From NCBI RefSeq assembly GCF_006345805.1, contig NC_043003.1:35030001-35094000 (forward strand): a stretch of DNA of 64,000 nt, read 5' to 3'. This document shows positions 1 to 13,776 of the stretch, piece by piece. The stretch comes from Octopus sinensis. Lineage: Eukaryota. A program made the position numbers and the translations under genes. Below the pieces are notes generated by a model, which saw only the letters and a list, made by a program, of their open reading frames with translations, was not told the DNA's origin and searched no databases. Position 1 is the stretch's first letter; each line of letters begins with the position of its first letter.

Positions 1-124
1 TTCATGCGTATACATGTACCAAATAGGGGAAGTCCCGTATAAGTTCTCGACCTACCAGAAATTCAGTCTTCACCCCCTCGATTGATTCTTTACTATCCTA
101 GACAAAAAAAAAAAAAAACACGTC

Positions 125-570
125 GGAGAATGAAGTCCCATATAAACAAAAACCATGTCTAGGATTCTTCCAATTATAGTTCTGCTCGGATTTGGTTGAC
201 AACAACAGCTCTTCAGATGGAAATCCATTGTACCCACTTTCTCACAGCTACCGCATCCTTGTCATTATATCCTTGTTACAGAAGAAAGTTCTTCATTGGA
301 CCGAACAGGAGGAAGTCGAGTACGTGGTTTGTTGGCAAAAATATGAATGGTTACTCATTTTCATGATGAATATGAATAATTTTCAGTCTCTTGTTCGGTC
401 CTTTCACCAGATACAGCTCGCTGTTCACGGTGCAGATACATTCCAGATATTCAAGGAGAATGACGTTCTTGTCATCGTCAAAAATATTCCCCTTACTTCC
501 TATGACGATCGCTGGATCTTGAATGTTTTAGGATTTGGAGAACGATAGTGAGCATTGTCTTCTGGAACTG
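125..570 (-). mobile_element. Decayed mariner (Tc1/mariner, DD34D-type) transposase fragment
   Basis: Minus-strand translation across stops and frameshifts gives SPNPKTFKIQRSS, DDDKNVILLEYLECICTVNSELY, IIHIHHENE and LDFLLFGPMKNFL..GYNDKDAVAVRKWVQ. These follow, in order, the mariner motifs SPxPKKFK, WDxKGVILLEYL..TVNSEYY, LHHDNARPH and PSDFHLFGPMK..AVRKWL. The + ORF 192-548 is its antisense. Confidence 0.75.
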
Positions 571-1678
571 TTTTTTTTTTTTTCATTCAGAAAGCAATAA
601 AAAAATTATTGTTTAGAATCAAATGGAAATATTATTTTACATTTCATATGTTAAACGGCCTGCTGCAAGTGAATTCATATTAATATAACAGACTATAATT
701 TTTCACAATTAATATATAAGATGACATGCTCGATATGAAATGCTATAAAGATTTTTTTCTTATATATAATTCGTGGTTTACTCAAGCAATCCTAGCGAAA
801 TGAGATCTCACCGCTGTTTCAAATTCTGACTAATGTCACTCCAATTCACATACGTCAGCATTGTCTTTGGTAAAGAAAAAAAGAAATAGAATGAAATATC
901 GCAATATCTCATCTACTTTCATGTAAATATATAGGTCATTGTGCTTAGACACACGAAACTAATTTTACATAAAAGTAGTGAGCGCTACGGAAGAATCGTG
1001 AATTTGAATCGTTATTAATTCTCGGTAGGAGCTGGTTCAATATATTTCTGTTGATAATGTAAGTGAGAAATGCATGAGTGAACTGCCTTCCCTTAAATGG
1101 GAATTGCAGAAAATAAAAATGATTATTACTACTTACTGATGATGTTAACAACAGCTGATATACTATATAGTATACAAAATGAAACTAGGACAAACGTATG
1201 CGTGTGTATAAGTGTGGGATACCACGTAAATATAGAGGTGTGTATAAGTTTATTTATATGTGTACACATCTTACGTGCGTATGTATGTATGCGTGCGCAT
1301 GTGCGTCTGTGAAAATGGCGATGGTAATTAAGGCTCCAACACTAATGAAATTACAAAGAAAGTATTTGCAGGAATCAGGAAAGTGTATGCTGCAGGAATC
1401 AAGAAGAATGTATAGAGGTGGGGAATTTTTTCTTTCAGATAAAATCGCTGTGCTAAAAATTAATGAGACGCTGGGCCTGGCAGCAGCAACAACAACGGCA
1501 GATTTATCAACATCATCACAAACAGAAGCTGAGTCAGTAGACAATCTAACGCTAACAGCAAACTAAGAATTATTGTTATTATTCTTGTGATCACTTTCGA
1601 TTCCGTCTTGAAGCTATTTAAATTCTCTTAGACCACTGGTACACTCGGGAAAACTATGAGACAAAATCTTATTTCCTT

Positions 1679-1729
1679 TCATCATCATCATTATCATCAT
1701 CATCATCATCTTCTTTTTTTTTTTCTTCT

Positions 1730-1761
<32 letters not shown>

Positions 1762-1828
1762 TTCTTCTTCTTCTTCTTCTTCTTCTTCTTCTTCTTCTTC
1801 TTCTTCTTCTTCTTCTTCTTCTTCTTCT
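1679..1828. repeat. (CAT)n followed by long (CTT)n microsatellite
   Basis: Directly visible; source of the poly-H/poly-L ORF at 1656-1865. Confidence 0.95.
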
Positions 1829-1862
1829 ATTAAGTTTTATTGTTACTATTAACATCAATGTA

Positions 1863-2075
1863 TAGGCGGCAGGCTGGTAGAATCGTTAACCATCCGGATG
1901 AAATTCGAATCGGAATTTCCCCCATCTTTACATTCCGAGGTCAAACTCCGCAGAGGCCGAATGTCTTTCATCCATTCTGGGTCGTTGGAATAAATCCTTC
2001 TTCAGCACTGGGGTCGATGCAATCGTTGTGTATCATCCTCTCAATGTTTTAAACCTTGTGACTAATGTTGAAAGG
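1863..2075 (+). mobile_element. Degenerate SINE, family A
   Basis: GGCGGCAGGCTGGTAGAATCGTTA head and CACTGGGGTCGATGCAATCG core align with copies at 2386, 30540, 37158, 38934 and 33765-34465. Confidence 0.6.
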
Positions 2076-2385
2076 ATTATTAAAATCAATGTTATTTTAT
2101 TTCTTTAATGGTTTGATTTTTCGTGGTCCATGTTAAAATAAAAATTCTTGTACTTGCTTTGATTTCAAATTTAAAGGAGTGGATTAGAAGAAATGGTAGA
2201 ACATTAGATAAAATACCTTAATGTACTCCTGCTATTTGCGTTCAATCTCCCGTGTTCAATGAAATCAAGCATTTGAGTCACCTGGGTTCTTTGAAAACAC
2301 TTACTTAAGTAACTAAAACCTTCCTTAGAAACTGATGTTCTTAGCCATAATTTCGACATTATTATTATTATAAAAATCAAGGCCA

Positions 2386-2545
2386 AGGCGGTGATCTGAC
2401 AGAATCGTTTGTACGCTGAACGGAATGCTTAGCGTTATTTCACCCGTCGCTACGTTCTGAGTTAAAATTCCTCCGAGGTCTTTCATCCTTTCGGGGTCGA
2501 TGAATTAAGGACAAGCGACTCTTGTGGCAAAAATTTGAAATCATT
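2386..2545 (+). mobile_element. Internally deleted SINE, family A
   Basis: GGCGGTGATCTGACAGAATCG head, CCGAGGTC-TTTCATCCTTTCGGGGTCGAT core and TTGTGGCAAAAATTTGAAATC tail shared with other in-window copies. Confidence 0.7.
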
Positions 2546-3599
2546 GTTACTATAATTATCAGTAGCAGTAGTAGCAATACTAGAATGAATAATTCAGTAC
2601 TAGTATCACCAAAAACTGCAATGGAAAAAATGGAAAGAATTTTTTTGACAAAACGACTGAAGGAAAATATATACCTAAATATATATCAGTTCGAATTGAA
2701 TAAAATAGCTTTTAAGTGGGTCGTATCTCACTCATTAAGAAGCACACGCATGTGCTCCCACATGTGTGATATACACTCATCGACTTATTTTCATGCATAT
2801 ATATATATATATATATATGTGTGTGTATGTCTGTGTATGTGTGTGTATGTATGTATATATATTCAAATACACGCACACAGACCCCCCCCGCACGTGGATG
2901 TGTATGTGTGTGTATGCACACATAGAGATACAGACACATCCTACTCGCACACATATAAATTTAATGAAATAGATTGTATATGCATAGCAAATATATAGTT
3001 CCATCGGAGAGTCTATATGAATATACATTTACCTTTGTAGTATGTTTATCTGCATTTTTATACGCCTATTTATATATGTCTGTATCCATATTTTGTACCC
3101 ATGCATACACCACACACATATGTGTATGTGTGTGTGTGTGTGTGTGTGTTTCCTTGATTGTGTGTGGATTTATCTTTGTATGCGTTCTGTTTTCGTCTCT
3201 TTTTGCCCTTAAATGCAAATCCTTTCATAGAGATATACAAAAATATATGCGCATAAATATCCCATGTAGGAGATTAATATATTGTCAGTTTGTACGAATC
3301 AAACATTTTTATAACGCAGGAGGGAAGCTTTCATTTCATATTCGCATGTACACACATATATTCAGATAATGGGAGAGTAAAGGAGTAGGAAGGAGATAGA
3401 GAAAGGTAATAAGCGGATAAAGAGAGAAACAATGAGAGAGAAACAAAGTGAGAGGAATGATTATGTATGTACGTGTGCTTCTGTGCGTTTGATTGGAAAG
3501 AGGAATAGAGAAAAGCATGCACACATTCATATCACCTCCCCTTCATGCTAACATACACATGCAAAGATTCAGTTCCATAGACGCACAAAGCTCAAAGCC

Positions 3600-3930
3600 G
3601 AGAATATTGCATATAGTTATTGAAGTGTGTTCGCGTAGAGTGTGGCGAAACGTGAGCATGCGCACATAGAATCACTAAAACTTGATTCTTTTATGGCGAC
3701 GCAATCTCTGGTCGTTATTATTGCCGGAGACAATTCTTTGAAGTTAGCGCGGTCCAAGAGGAGATTTTTCCTGTCTGTTATATCTCTAGTGATTGTGCTC
3801 CGACGAAACCCGATCATCATCGATTCTATTTCGCACAGGGGGCCACAGCTATCGGATCGATATTGGCATAACCTTTGCCGAAGTGGGTCAGATGGTTGCT
3901 TGGCATTCGGAAGTTTACTGTCGTAGTCCT
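3600..3930. promoter_or_regulatory. CpG-rich unique island, possible promoter/5' exon or regulatory element
   Basis: Locally high CpG in an AT-rich background; NRF1-like GAGCATGCGCAC near 3654 and YY1-like ATGGCG near 3692; no recognisable protein in any frame. Confidence 0.25.
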
Positions 3931-5310
3931 ACTTCCCATACTTTAATTCCCCATCCACCACCTACTGCACTTGACGTGCTAGTGAGCGTATCTGTGTGTG
4001 TGTGTTGTGTGTGTGGACTGTGTGTGTGTGTGTGTGTGGACTGTGTGTGTGTGTGTGTGTGTGACTGCGTGTGTGTCTGTGTGTCCTTGAATGCATGTCT
4101 TGCGTATATGAGTTTATGTGTTTGAATGTAGCATGCATAGTTTTACTCAGGTCGGGTGGCTGAGAGAAGCCATTGATCAAGTTGACGATAGCAATGATGT
4201 GACTATTGTTATTACTACTGCCGCTGTTTTAGTTTGTTGTTGTAGTTGTTGTTGTTGTTGTTGAGGCTGGTACTGCTACTGTTACTGCTGCTGAATTCAG
4301 GTGTATATGATGATAACGATGAGAATGTTGATGTTAAGGTTATTTTTAGTTTGTTTAAAACATTTGTTTTGTTGTCATTTCTTATCATTGTTGTTATTGA
4401 GAAGGTTGCCATCGCTGCTATTTCTTTTGTTGTTGTAGTGAATAACGTTAAAGGAATGGGATGGAAAGATAGTGTGGAAGTAGTTTCTTTGGTTTCCGTT
4501 TTTTTTTCTCTCCTTATTTCTTTCTATCTTTTCTTTTTTTGTTGCATATAACGTGGTAGAGTGGGTGTATATGTGGGTGTAATGTACTACTGAGGCTTCT
4601 GTTGCAGCGTTTGGTTTTGCGTTTTGCCTCTGTTGATATTGTTGCTTTTGTTGTTGCTGTTTGTAGCTGCTGCTGTGCATAGCGTTGTAGAATTGGCGTT
4701 GAATAGTGTGTCATGGATGGGTATGTGTATGTTCGTATGCATCTTTGGTGTGTATGCTTTTCTGTATGCGCTTGGGTGTGTGTGTGAATGTTTAAGTGGT
4801 AAGAGATGAGAATTAGAGATTAATGACAATGTCAGTATTTAAGGTGGTTTTGCTTTTGCTCTTTTCTATTTTTCCTTGTATTCCATTTTCACCCCTTTTT
4901 TTTCTACCCCTTCTTACATTTTTCCCCGTTTAAAAGTTAGTGTTTAGTTGAATGGAAAAGTTAACTGAAACGAGAATCTGGTGGTGGCATGGATGGATGT
5001 ATCAAATTCTATATTGATAGTGATGCTAACGCAGCAATAGATTCCATTCGAAATCTTTACAAAATGATGATGCTACATGGTGCTAGCCACCTCACACAGT
5101 CTCTTTAGTACACCCTCTTTACTATACAACCACATTTCTGCTGCACCTCAATAACAGCCAGGCTGGCTGACTGGCTGGTATGGCAGGTTGGTCGGACGTG
5201 CTGCTATGTCATATACAGCCAGTGATTTTGATAGCATTGGTGGACGTCAATGGGCATTTGAGTAAGGAACAACATGTCCTTCACGCTGCTCACAAAATAA
5301 CACTACTTTA

Positions 5311-5341
<31 letters not shown>

Positions 5342-6796
5342 TCTCTCTCTTTCTGTCATTCTTTCACTCTATGTATCCTCATCTTTCTTATTTCTTAATT
5401 TTCGCTTCAATGCTTCGCTATTCTTGTCCCTCTCTCTTTCTCCAGTTCTCTCTCATTCCTTCTCTGTCCATGTATCCACATTTCACCATTCTCTTCTCAT
5501 CCTTTTTCCTACAAACTATTTTATTTTCAGCAGTACAAGCTAATGCAAGTGGTGGAAGTGAAGCGGTTACGTGTACACAGGAACATGCATAGGTGCACTA
5601 TATGTCGTTACGCGCGTGCACACACTCGCACGTTTGAGTGTGCGTATGTGTTTGATTATGTGTGTGTGTGTCCTGGTGTATTTGTCTGTGTGTGTATGAG
5701 AGTGTGCACGCGCACGTATTTGTGGCAATCTGATGGCGCTATTTGGTTTTCATGTTTCTATGAGTATGTATATACACAACCACGTGAATCATACTCCCTC
5801 TGCTTCCTCTCTCTCGCTCTCTGTCTGTCTCTCTCTCTCTCTCCCTCAGTGATCCCTTTTCTGCTTTGAAGGTATGTGCTTGTATGTATGAGCTCTTTTA
5901 TATGCCATATAAATGGTATTTATGTGCTTCAACATGGTGCCTCTGTTATATATATCGTGTATATGTATCAACACACGCAAACACACACATATATGTATAT
6001 GTAAGGGGCCCATATAATCGTTTATTCTTCTATGGTTGAGTATGTTGCTCACCATTCGTATATTATTCTCTGAAAGAGAATGAGTATGTTTTTGCGTGTA
6101 CACGGACATGTGTGCATGTAGCGAGTGAGCGTGAGTGAGCGTGCGTGCGAGTGGACAAGCATGAGTTGCTTTGTTCAGCAATGTTGTATGCGCGTGTCAT
6201 ACGCGCCGTGATTGTGCGCATGTGTTTGCGTGTACGGTTGAATGTAAATATGTGCACGTGTGGGCGGATGTGTGAGCTGCATACAAAGCAGAGAATGAAT
6301 GTGGTGCGGTTGGAGATGTCAAGTTAGTTTGTACGCATGGCCAGCCATCGTGTCATAGAGAGTGGTTTTTCGATTTCGTTTATTTGCTGCAGAAGAACTG
6401 AATATAGTTATGGTATTGGTGGTGATGGTGGCAGAACTGGGGATGGTCGTGGTGGTGGGAGCGCTACTGCCGTTTGGGTGAAGGCGGAGGAGGGCATCGA
6501 CCATTGATCTCTCATCAGGGAAAGCAATGTAGTGGGACAGGAAATATACAATGGGTCAAATCGAAGAAAGGAAGAAAATTCGTTCGACATACATTTATTA
6601 ACAATTGAAAGACACAACTCGCATACACGCATACGCACAAAGTCACAAGTACACGCACATATTTATACACATGGACGCACTTAAACACCAATTCGATATT
6701 CATATGCATAATCATGCATTTATAATTACATAAAATCAAACGCATATATAGGACAAGGTGTTTTTGTAATGCGCACACGGACACATATACACGCGT

Positions 6797-6866
<70 letters not shown>

Positions 6867-6870
6867 TGTT

Positions 6871-6906
<36 letters not shown>

Positions 6907-7329
6907 CATATATATTCATATAAAGACACATACTCGTTCGCCGTCACACACGCTATCCACACACACCACACACACTCACAGAGAAGCAATAAGAAAATGT
7001 GAATTGAAGTACGTTATGAGAAAGCGCATGATAAAACTAATGTCTTAGCCATATATGAGTGCAGTCCAACTGGCAAAAAATGGTTTGAAGTATGACTGTA
7101 CCGTAATAAATAAATATTTTACCAGAGCACGAAACAAAGTTTCTGTGATCTAGTTGGCTCTGTAAATAACCTGACAGTCGCACGATCAGCCGGAATTAGA
7201 AAAAAAAACTGGACACCCGGATTTATCCATCTTAAAATACATGTGACAGACGTGTCACGGGATATCAAAATTTGCTGTGTATATGATGTACATTATTATA
7301 TATATATATATAATATATATATATATATA

Positions 7330-7361
<32 letters not shown>

Positions 7362-7692
7362 TGTGTGTGTATATATATCTATATATATATATATATAATA
7401 TATTATATATATATATACATACATGTACAGATATAGAGACAATAATGCAAATGAGTTTGATATACGGAATCTACATTCATGTAAACATATAAATAATGAA
7501 AAGTGAAAGACTGGAAGATTTTCAGATGATTAACATTGAAGTATAAATATGTATGTATATATATATCGCTGACACGGTCCTCGGTAAAGTTTTCGGAGTA
7601 TAACATTTTTTGAGCCCTAATAAGTGTTTTCTTGACAGATGTGAGATGAGAAGAATGTTGATATCAGGGTTATACTTGATATATATGTATAA

Positions 7693-7723
<31 letters not shown>

Positions 7724-8476
7724 CATACATATGGGATTATGTGTATAAACATTAAAAGCATTGATATATGTATAATTTGTCTAAGATTTGAGCAAAGAAA
7801 GACAATTGTACCCAGAATCGCACCAATATTTACTAAGAGTAGTAGAAAACATCGAAGGCACTAATTAAATTGCAATGAAAATTAAGGAAAGGTTGAATGA
7901 GTGTTTATATTTGTCTCTGATTTCCAAAATTAATAACACAAGCCTCATCAGTAACCGGAAATAATTTCACTATGGACAATAAGGCACGAAGATTAATAAA
8001 TCCGATTACATTTCCATGCGTCAATGCTCTGTGATTCGAGCTCTTTATTTTTCCAGCTTAGAAGTTAGATTTGCCTATAAATGCATGAACATGAAGAATT
8101 TCGCTAGTAAATATGTAGTTTAGAACCATTGAGGTAAAACATGAGAATTTATTAGACATGCAGATGCACGAAACTTGGATGGCTGCATTTATGCTGTATC
8201 GGTTAATTTAGGTGAGAATTAGAGCTGGGTCATAATCCACGCATAAATATAATAAATGTTCTGCGGACGATATAGTCTCATAGCGGCGGTGAAAGTTGTT
8301 GGTAATTAGATGGTGGTACATGCATGTATACGTCTGGAATTTTGATGTTTTCTGGATAAATAAACAACAACGTGGAAGCAACTATACTGTACACGCATAG
8401 ATACAAACGCACTCACTTATATGTATGCAAGTATACATATTATGTATATACATATATACATATATATATAATATAT

Positions 8477-8551
<75 letters not shown>

Positions 8552-10667
8552 CATACAAATATGTTTACATATATATATATATATACATATGTTGATATGT
8601 AGAAGATACATCCTGTTCTTGTGGCTAAAATTTTGTACATAATAACCCTGTGCGTATGGCTACATTCAAAAGGTAGCCAAGTGTACATGTGTATGCGCAT
8701 GTGCATATGCGACCGCCAGTATACCTTGTTATGTATATGTTATCTTCTATTTCAACTAAACACACTTTCATATATAGTTTCAGATAATTAAATCTGATTT
8801 CTGAAAAATTCTGATTCAGGGCGAAAATCCGGAATCTACGTTCAGACAAAATCGATTTTGTCCTTATATGCCTGAAGTACAAATATTTAAGCATATTAAA
8901 AAGGAAACAATTTAATATTGATTTGGTGCAAGACAAACTCTGCTCCGAAAGTTTTAATCTGATGGTAGAAATGTTAATATATTGTTAACGTTTGAAATTG
9001 TTTTTGTTGGTAATGCGTACGTAGCAATGGGATGAAAGCCTGTTTTTTTGTTAATCTTCAAGTTACTTTTAAATTTGACTGCATTCCCGCTCACTATGCA
9101 ATAATTTTCAAATTTTTAATTATAAACATGAAAGAAAAAAATATACATTTAATGAAAGCAGTATTTGTAAGGAATTCTATTAAAAGTGCCAAATATTTGG
9201 GGATATTAATCGAGGAAGAATTGGTATGAGCATGTATCATTATTTTAAGAGCCCATGTGGTCCGGAATAAATACAGCTATGGAGTATCAATTTTGATACG
9301 GAAAATAGCATTAGGTACTAGTACATAACGATTACGCAGTAAAAGCTATTTTACTGTGATATTGTTTTGTATGAAGTTAGATATTTACTGCAGAAAATCT
9401 CGAGTATGTTGCACTATATATTCTGGTCGTATCTTTAAAGAACAGTCTTCCACGTAGTTGCCAAAGGGAGAGCAATAAAGTAAATTGCACAAAAGACTTT
9501 TGGTTTGGGAAAATGGAATTGTTCGGTAATTCAGAGACGCCATATATATAGAGCACAATATGTAAATTTGTATTAACACATGTTACGTACGGATAATTGA
9601 ATGCTAACTTGAAAGAAATATTCTCAACTGTTCATTGTCCAAATTCTATTTTTAATTAATTTTAATTACTTAAAATTTCGAGGTAGCTCCCCTGCCTTCC
9701 TTCATGAGAATTGGTCATTAATGTAATGACTTTTTCTTCTCACAACGGGTGTGATTTTCATTAGTCACAATTTCTTGACTCCATATATTAAGTACGCTAG
9801 CACCGACCTTACACAGATCATACATTGTTAAATCTTCTCTTAAAAAGTTAATAAAAACTAAAAAGATTTTCCTTAACAAAAAAACCCATTTGTTCTGCTT
9901 GTTAGCACTGCATACTTTACTGATACCTGATAAAAGGCATTAAAAAATTTTCTCGTACTGTTATTAATAAATCAGATGACTGAAGGTAAATATGCTCTGG
10001 GTATGGGATGGACAGGGGAGTTTTCTGTATATGGAGTTGGTTTCAATTCCCAATAGATCCAGCTTCATCTACACTAAATATATAAACGCTAGAAATTACA
10101 CTACTTCATAATTCCGTCACGAAACACGAGAAAATTGTTTCCATTCCTTGTTTTAGTAATTTATATTTGTCGTCAATTTGTATTGCCTGGGATATTGATA
10201 CTGATTTCTAACTGTGGCTCAAGGCCAGATATTTCAAGGTAGAAGCATATTCGATCGTATTAACTCCATTAGTGATTGTTGCTAAACACCAGGTCAAATT
10301 TGATTGGACATATTATCAATGTCTCATTGAAACATTATCAATGGTCTTTATGCCATTACCAACCTATTACATCTTATCTATCATTAAATAACCATTGCGC
10401 TTCTACATTTTAAAAAGAAAACAATAGAATATATTAGAGACAGTTGGCTGCTACTTCTAAAAGGTCGATAGAGAATTTAGAGTCTTTTTAGTTTTTTAAA
10501 GTGACAAGGAAATGTCTATAACGCGTTGGAATTTCATGGGATCTCGTTCTTTAATTACAGAGATTTGCCTCGTGAACTTTTGTATCCTCACATAGATATA
10601 TGTTGAATATATACTTATTCACAAGAATGTGCCCTCACACACACTTACACTATCAATTACATAGTCA

Positions 10668-10707
<40 letters not shown>

Positions 10708-10932
10708 AAAAAAGAAAGAAAGAAAGAAAAAAAGAAAAATGAATACGATGAAGAAATTTCCTGCGGTTCCAACGACACAGACTTGCCTGATTGGCTGGCT
10801 GTTTTCTAAAAATGTTTCAGCAAGTCTAAAGGAAAATGTGACCACAGTAACATTTAAAAGGATGTACCGCAATTCGTTCCAACATGTTTTTAAGGGCTTC
10901 TATTTAATACATTATACATATGTATATATATA

Positions 10933-11312
10933 TTACTCTTACTCTTTTACTTGTTTCAGTCATTTGACTGCGGCCATGCTGCAGCACCGCCTTTAGTCGA
11001 GCAGGTTGAACCCGGTACTTATTCTTTGTAAGCCCAGTACTTATTCTATCAGTCTCTTTTGCCAAACCGCTAGGTGACGGGGACGTAAACACACCAGCAT
11101 CGGTTGTCAAGCAATGCTAGGGAAACAAACACAGACGCACAAACATATACACACACACACCCATATTTATATAACATATAACGACAGGCTTCTTTCAGTT
11201 TCCGTCTACCAAATCCACTCACAAGGCATTGCCCAAGATGCCACGCAGTAGGGACTGAAACCGGAACCATGTGGTTGGTTAGCAAGCTACACCACACAGC
11301 CAATCCTGCGCC
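10933..11312 (-). mobile_element. tRNA-derived SINE, family B (internal CA microsatellite)
   Basis: Colinear with 45544-45946 and the reverse complement of 46164-46620; lacks about 30 nt (GTCGGCCCGGGGCTATAGCAGAAGACACTT) between short TTG homologies. Confidence 0.85.
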
Positions 11313-11338
11313 TATTATATATATATATATACTATATA

Positions 11339-11415
<77 letters not shown>

Positions 11416-11420
11416 ATATA

Positions 11421-11542
11421 TTGGCCTTCTTGCTTAGCCAGCGAGGTGGCGTCATTTGAAGGCTAAAAAAATTCGAAGCGCATTGTGACCAGCGATGGGT
11501 AGCAACATCTAATTGCCTGGTCGGTGACGGTGATCCCGGTGT
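11421..11542. repeat. Probable short interspersed repeat embedded in (TA)n
   Basis: GC-richer 120-bp block flanked on both sides by (TA)n; single copy here, repeat status from recall only. Confidence 0.35.
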
Positions 11543-12499
11543 AATATATATATATAATATATATACATATACATACATACATATATAATATTCATATATT
11601 TATTTATGTGTATGTGTGCATGACGTCATGTACACACACACTCACGCACACACACACACACACCACATATATATATATGGTGCCTATATTTATGATCTTT
11701 TCATTACGAACTATTAGCGCACTGTCATCCCAATTTGGATAATCCTTTAGAAAATCGGTTGCAACCTATCTGGAATAATCTCATCAAGAAGATTAAAATA
11801 TATGCACACAGGAAATATATAAACACGAATAGATAGAGATACACAGTCAAAAGAGGTGATATACAAGAAATAAATGACAAATAGTATGTCTGGATAATCC
11901 ACTATTATCCGCCGCCAACGCATGGAAACCTTTGGCCGTTGTTGAAAATGATCATTGGCTAGTCCACTTGGTCGATTATATGACTTGTCATATAGTACAG
12001 TTTCGTCAATGGAAAGAAGCGAAGAATCAGGGTGAGAGGGTAAAAGAGAGAGAAAGAGAGAAAGGAAGAATTAATGAGAGAGAGAGAGAGAGAGTGAGGT
12101 AGAGAGAAAGTGAGAGAACAAGAGTGTGTGAGAGTGAGAAAGAGAAAAACGGAAAAGTAAACATGGTTTTCAAATTGAGACCTAGAGATGCGGAGAGGAG
12201 GTATTGATAGATTGAATGGAAGACAGATGTGAAAGGAAGAGAGAGAAAGAGCGCCAGAGAAAGTGAGAAGGAGAGAGAGAGATAGAGAGAAAGAGTGAGA
12301 GAGAGAGAATGGTAGAGGGATAGAGACAGAAAGAAAGAAATAGTCATATCAAGCCACTGCGTGAGACAGAGGGACTAATAAAAGCATAGGAAACGTTGCA
12401 GAAAAGAAAAGGTATAATCTTTGTAAGTGAACTGATACATGTGTACGCATGTGTGTGTGGGTTGTGCGCGCTCGTATATGTGTGTATGTTTGTGTATGA

Positions 12500-12562
<63 letters not shown>

Positions 12563-12597
12563 TAGATAGATAGAGATAAAGAGAGAGAGAGAGAGAA
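12500..12597. repeat. (TAGA)n/(GA)n microsatellite
   Basis: Directly visible. Confidence 0.9.
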
Positions 12598-13446
12598 TCG
12601 AGATGGACAGAAAGAAATTTAAGGAGAAAAGGCTGAGGGATAGGTAGAGAAGAGAGAGAAGCTAGAAATAGGAGGAAAAGAAAAGGGTAAGAGAGAAGAA
12701 GAAATAAGAAAGAGGAAGAACATAATAAAATTCAAAGATAAACAAATAAACGGTGAAATTGTTAAAATAAAGTAAAAACCGTAAAAAATTAACAAAAACC
12801 AACCAAAAACAGACACAATAACAAGAATACGGAACCAAGATATAATCGTGATTAAAATCAATATTTTTACAGCTTTTAAAAGATTAATAATTTTTCCAAT
12901 ATTGGGATTTTTGATCACATCAAACAATAACACTGGTTATTAAGCACCTGTAGTGGGGTGGGCCTGGAGAAAAAGTGGTGGTGGTCATGAGACAGGGTGT
13001 GGAGGGTGTGAAATGGTGGATGTGTTGAACTATTATTAAACATGAATCACCAAACGAGAGAAGGCAGACATGCACACATTTAGGAATATACACATCTGCA
13101 CATACAAGGTAAACACACACATAAATATACACATATCACCACACATATAGCCGAATGTGCATTTATATACAAATAAGAGAATTCACACAAAAACATATTC
13201 ATACATACATAATTACATACGAACATACACACACACGTACACACAGATATACATACATACATACGTACGTACATACATACATACGTACGTACCTAAAAAG
13301 CCGTACAAATACAGAAATATCTACCATCTTATAGATGTCGAAATTTCAAGAACATTCGTTGAAAGATGGTCAACACCTAGTATTGTACAATGATATGTAT
13401 CTATGCAAAATATTAGTTTGATAAATTCTATGAAAGAAACGAACAG

Positions 13447-13518
<72 letters not shown>

Positions 13519-13574
13519 TATATAATATCAATCTATCTATCCACATTTATGACATATATATGCCTGCGCTTGTA

Positions 13575-13625
<51 letters not shown>

Positions 13626-13727
13626 GTGTGTGTGTATGTATATATAATATTTGTATGCGTATGCATATATATGTGTACACACTAAAAAAACTATACATAT
13701 ACTACACACATGCACACACACACACAC

Positions 13728-13776
<49 letters not shown>

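Noticed and set aside
192-548. 118-aa plus-strand ORF as a gene
   Set aside because: It is the antisense of a decayed mariner transposase.
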